Positions 60,781-64,000 of a stretch of 64,000 nucleotides of DNA are shown in pieces; the first letter of the stretch is position 1, and each line of letters begins with the position of its first letter. This DNA comes from Monocercomonoides exilis PA203. Taxonomy: Eukaryota > Protista > Preaxostyla. The notes below the pieces were generated by a model that did not search any database, had not been told where the DNA came from, and saw only the letters and a list, made by a program, of their open reading frames with translations. The position numbers and the translations under genes are program-made. Location: the NCBI GenBank assembly GCA_001643675.2, contig LSRY02000004.1, positions 1,922,001 to 1,986,000 of the forward strand, read 5' to 3'.

Positions 60781-62368
60781 TTTGCAAAAAAAGTTTTAAT
60801 TACAGATTAAATATAATAAGAAAATATTTGCCATACGTTTATTCGCATTTTCAATATATTTTTGAAATATTTCATCAAAATCAGACTCATGTTGGTTAAC
60901 GTTGGAAAATTATTAACTTCATATTCTAATAATCAAATTTTGAAAATTATGGAACAATATTTAAAATAACAATCAGTGCATACAACAATAAAATATTCAT
61001 ATATTCTAAATGAAATATATTGGAAAGTGTGCACCCTGCACATCACAAAAAAAGCTAATCCTAAATCTTTGGAAATATGAAATTTGATTGTGGGATTGAT
61101 CTAAAGTTATTAATTTAAAAAATTTTTTTCAAAAATTTTCTTATTTCTCAGAAATTCTTTGATACAAAAGGTTAATATAACACTTTAAAGCGTTGCATAT
61201 ATTTGTTAATAAGGAATTATCCTTATTTATTTATTTTGATTTAAAATTGTAATATTTATGGGTGCTTTTTCAAAATTGATTTTTTTCAACAAGAAAAAAC
61301 AATTTCAAAAATTCGTCCACCCAAAAGTTTTAAATTAATTTTATCTATTATTTCATCATAAAGTTAATTTCTAATATCGCAAATTGCAAAAGAAGAACAG
61401 ATGTACTTATGCCTATTAATAAAACTTTTTGAGTTTGTTTGTCAGAATTTTTTGAAAAGTGTTGTTTATTTAATTTACAAATAAAATTAAAACTTCATAT
61501 ATCAATCGAATTTCTGTTCCCACTCACAAAATTTATTTTTCATGTAAAAAAAAAACTTTATAAGGTTATTGTTTATATTTTAGTGAAGTTTCGTGAATGG
61601 GAATAGAAATGTGATAGATAAATGAAGTTTCAATTGGTAAAGTGTAACTTATTGGGTACGAAAATTTTCATAGAAATCATCTTGAATTATTTAAAAAAAT
61701 ACTTCATTGTTGAAAATTCGATTAATAAATGTGAAATTAAGTTTCAACAATTAAAAAATTAGTTGTTAATTTCAGTTTCATTCCCAAAAATAAAACCAGA
61801 ATTTTCGAATATTTATAAAAACATAAATTTTTTTATTCAAAAACCAACGGATTTTCTTTTAAATTTTTCTTTAATCAAAAATTCCACAAAAAAATTGTCG
61901 TAATTGACAGAATCTGTAGATATTTCGTCATCTTTGAAGTTTTCTTTTCATTATCCATAAAAATTTTTGAAAAAATATGTCCCACCAATTGAGTGATTAT
62001 GATTTACAAATAATTAACTGATAGGATTTTTCTATAAAAATCACAATTTTCCAAAACAAAAAACATCATAAGAAAAATGATAATATTTTCGTGTGTCATA
62101 TTTGGTGAAATATTGGTTTAATTTCACAGTAAAAATCGGGACCCAATATGTTACATCTTTCCATTTTATTTTTTCTGATAATTAAATATTCGCGACTTTT
62201 CAAAAAGAATCACCCAAATGAGTTTGTGTTTAGAAATATTTTGAGGAAAAGAACAATAATTATTCCACTTGCAGTTATAGAAAAATCGATCTTGTCTTGC
62301 ATTTTTTGCACAATCTATATCACCCTAACTTCATGTTTTCCAGACTCACTTTCAAATGATTAAAAAAA

Positions 62369-62638
62369 TGGGGCAAAATATTTTATCTCAAGCGATTTCA
62401 ATGAAAAATTTTGAACTTTTCATTAACTTTTTAAAATCAATTAATGCAATAAAAATGGGTTCATTTTTTGAAAAACTTTTAAAGTCACAAAACATTTTGT
62501 TGAAGCATCAATGAAGTTTGTATTCGGATATGATAAATCATTTGATTTTGAAATCTGATAAAGTTTGATAAAGTTATGAGAGAAGCAATTTTTCTATGCC
62601 TTGTGCAAAAAATGCTTGAAAGTCCGTATTTTCCCCCA
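62369..62638. mobile_element. MITE family B copy (reverse orientation)
   Basis: TGGGGCAAAATA ... GTATTTTCCCCCA|TA; alignable to 54827-55096. Confidence 0.75.
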
Positions 62639-62837
62639 TATAAACTGTTAAAATTATAGAAATAAATTAACAAACAAGTCAGGAACAAAGCTTTCTTTAA
62701 GAAATATAAATATTTTCAATTCATACAAACATATTCTTTTCATATTTAATAAAGTTCGAAATGACAAAAATTGGAGGCTTTACAACTAACTATTTCATTG
62801 TTCACCAAAGATTGGTTTTTTTTCTGTTGAAAATTTG

Positions 62838-62937
62838 TTTCCCTCTCTCTTTCTCTCTTTCTCTTTCTCTTTCTCTTTCTTTTTCTCTTTCTCTTTCTCT
62901 TTCTGTTTCTCTTTCTCTCTCTCTCTTTTTTTTTTCT
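62838..62937. repeat. (TCTCTT)n polypyrimidine microsatellite
   Basis: Directly visible. Confidence 0.9.
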
Positions 62938-63172
62938 GATTATATTTTCTTTTTTTACACTGAATATTCTTATCATTATAAAGTTCAAATTTTAGAAAAA
63001 ATACAAAAATTATCAGAGAAAATTTACTCACTAAACATGTGAAAATCGACCAATAATTCTTTGCCATAAATAATTTTTTGTGTTATAATACAAGTTTGAT
63101 CAACATTTTTTTTTTATTTTTCGTTTTTTTATTTTATACCGCAAATTATCATAAAAGAAGCACAGCAAATTA

Positions 63173-64000
63173 ATGTCAGATTTATTTCCAGACGATGCAA
63201 CTATAGATAAACTACTTTTTACCAAACAAAAAGAAAAACACACTTTGAAAGAAAATTCAAAACAAACTCCTCAGAAAAAGTTTGCGCATGTTTATCACAA
63301 AATTTTATGCTATTAATTTAAAAAAAAATAATTACTGCTTTAAACGAAATCCAATTAATTTTTATTTAGAAGTTCCAAAATGACAGAAAATATATCTGAA
63401 AGCGAAGCTATTGAACGCCATAATGAGAAAGAAACATTTCCTCAAAAAGATAAAAAAGAAATAGAATCACTTGAAAAGGCTTTAAAAGAAAAAGAAGAAC
63501 AAATAAATGCAATCAACATGGAATATGAAACTTTGAAACAAACAAATCAACGACTTCGAAGCATTTTACTAAAATCTCAAAAGTCTCACAACGAAACAAA
63601 AACTGAACTAGAAGATAAAGAAATTCAATCGGAACAACTGAAGAAAGATGTTTCAGCATTACAATCAGAAAAAGACGAAATGTCAGTTGAACTTGAAAAA
63701 ATGAAAACTCAATTAAAAGCCTATTCAGATGAAGAAAATGCTATTAGAAGCAAGATGAACGAGCCACTCTTGATGATTCGAGATGAATGGCTCCGGACGG
63801 CAAATGAAATTCATGTTCTTTTTCGTTGTTCTTTACCGGAACAAATTACGATTGCCATGACAATGCCAGAATCAAATGCACAAACACCGATAAAGCACGT
63901 GATTTGGGATTACATCCAAGTTGTGCGTTGTAATAGCTATTCGTCAATTTCTCAGAAAACTGATGAAGAGAAATCTTTTCGCGAGAGAATACAATATATT
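63173..64000 (+). CDS. Coiled-coil protein, 5' part only (runs off the window)
   Basis: ATG at 63173; phase-2 intron 63280-63369 (GTTTGC..TTTAG); exon 2 stays open to the window end with E/K-rich heptads (IESLEKALKEKEEQINAINMEYETLKQ..). Confidence 0.7.

Larger units (their letters stand above)
54195..61413. repeat. 482-bp near-perfect inverted repeat pair (54195-54676 / 60932-61413) enclosing 6.3 kb
   Basis: GGCATAGGTACATCTG..AAAATTTGAT versus ATCAAATTTT..CAGATGTACTTATGCC; only one mismatch noticed by eye. Confidence 0.9.

Overview
AT-rich eukaryotic genomic DNA in the standard genetic code, with short spliceosomal introns (about 40-200 nt, donors mostly GTTTG/GTATG). Ser-run-laden proteins, the donor consensus and large Pmp-like gene families suggest an oxymonad (Monocercomonoides-like) protist; this is inference, not a database match. 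The left part (1-38.5 kb) is gene-dense: PPP1R42-like LRR protein, a small spliced hypothetical gene, a PPR + TrmB-like methyltransferase fusion, tRNA-iMet(CAT), tRNA-Ile(AAT), a ~5,030-aa IFT dynein heavy chain (DYNC2H1), several hypotheticals, a WW-less Pin1-type parvulin whose first intron appears to be GA-AG, a PIN/AEC-family transporter and a TTLL6-like tubulin polyglutamylase. A 4-kb MITE/foldback island interrupts it at 22.9-26.9 kb. The right part (38.9-62.7 kb) is mostly decayed DNA transposons: a Merlin/ISXO2 transposase split around a Tc1 DD34E element, two pogo-like elements that share an intron position, nested MITEs, and two 6.7-7.2 kb blocks bounded by near-identical long inverted repeats that enclose decayed host genes. 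The one long uninterrupted host-type gene in this zone is an intronless 766-aa protein of 24 tandem 30-aa ankyrin-derived 'WMRH' repeats; it is the best candidate for an undescribed system. A coiled-coil gene runs off the right edge.
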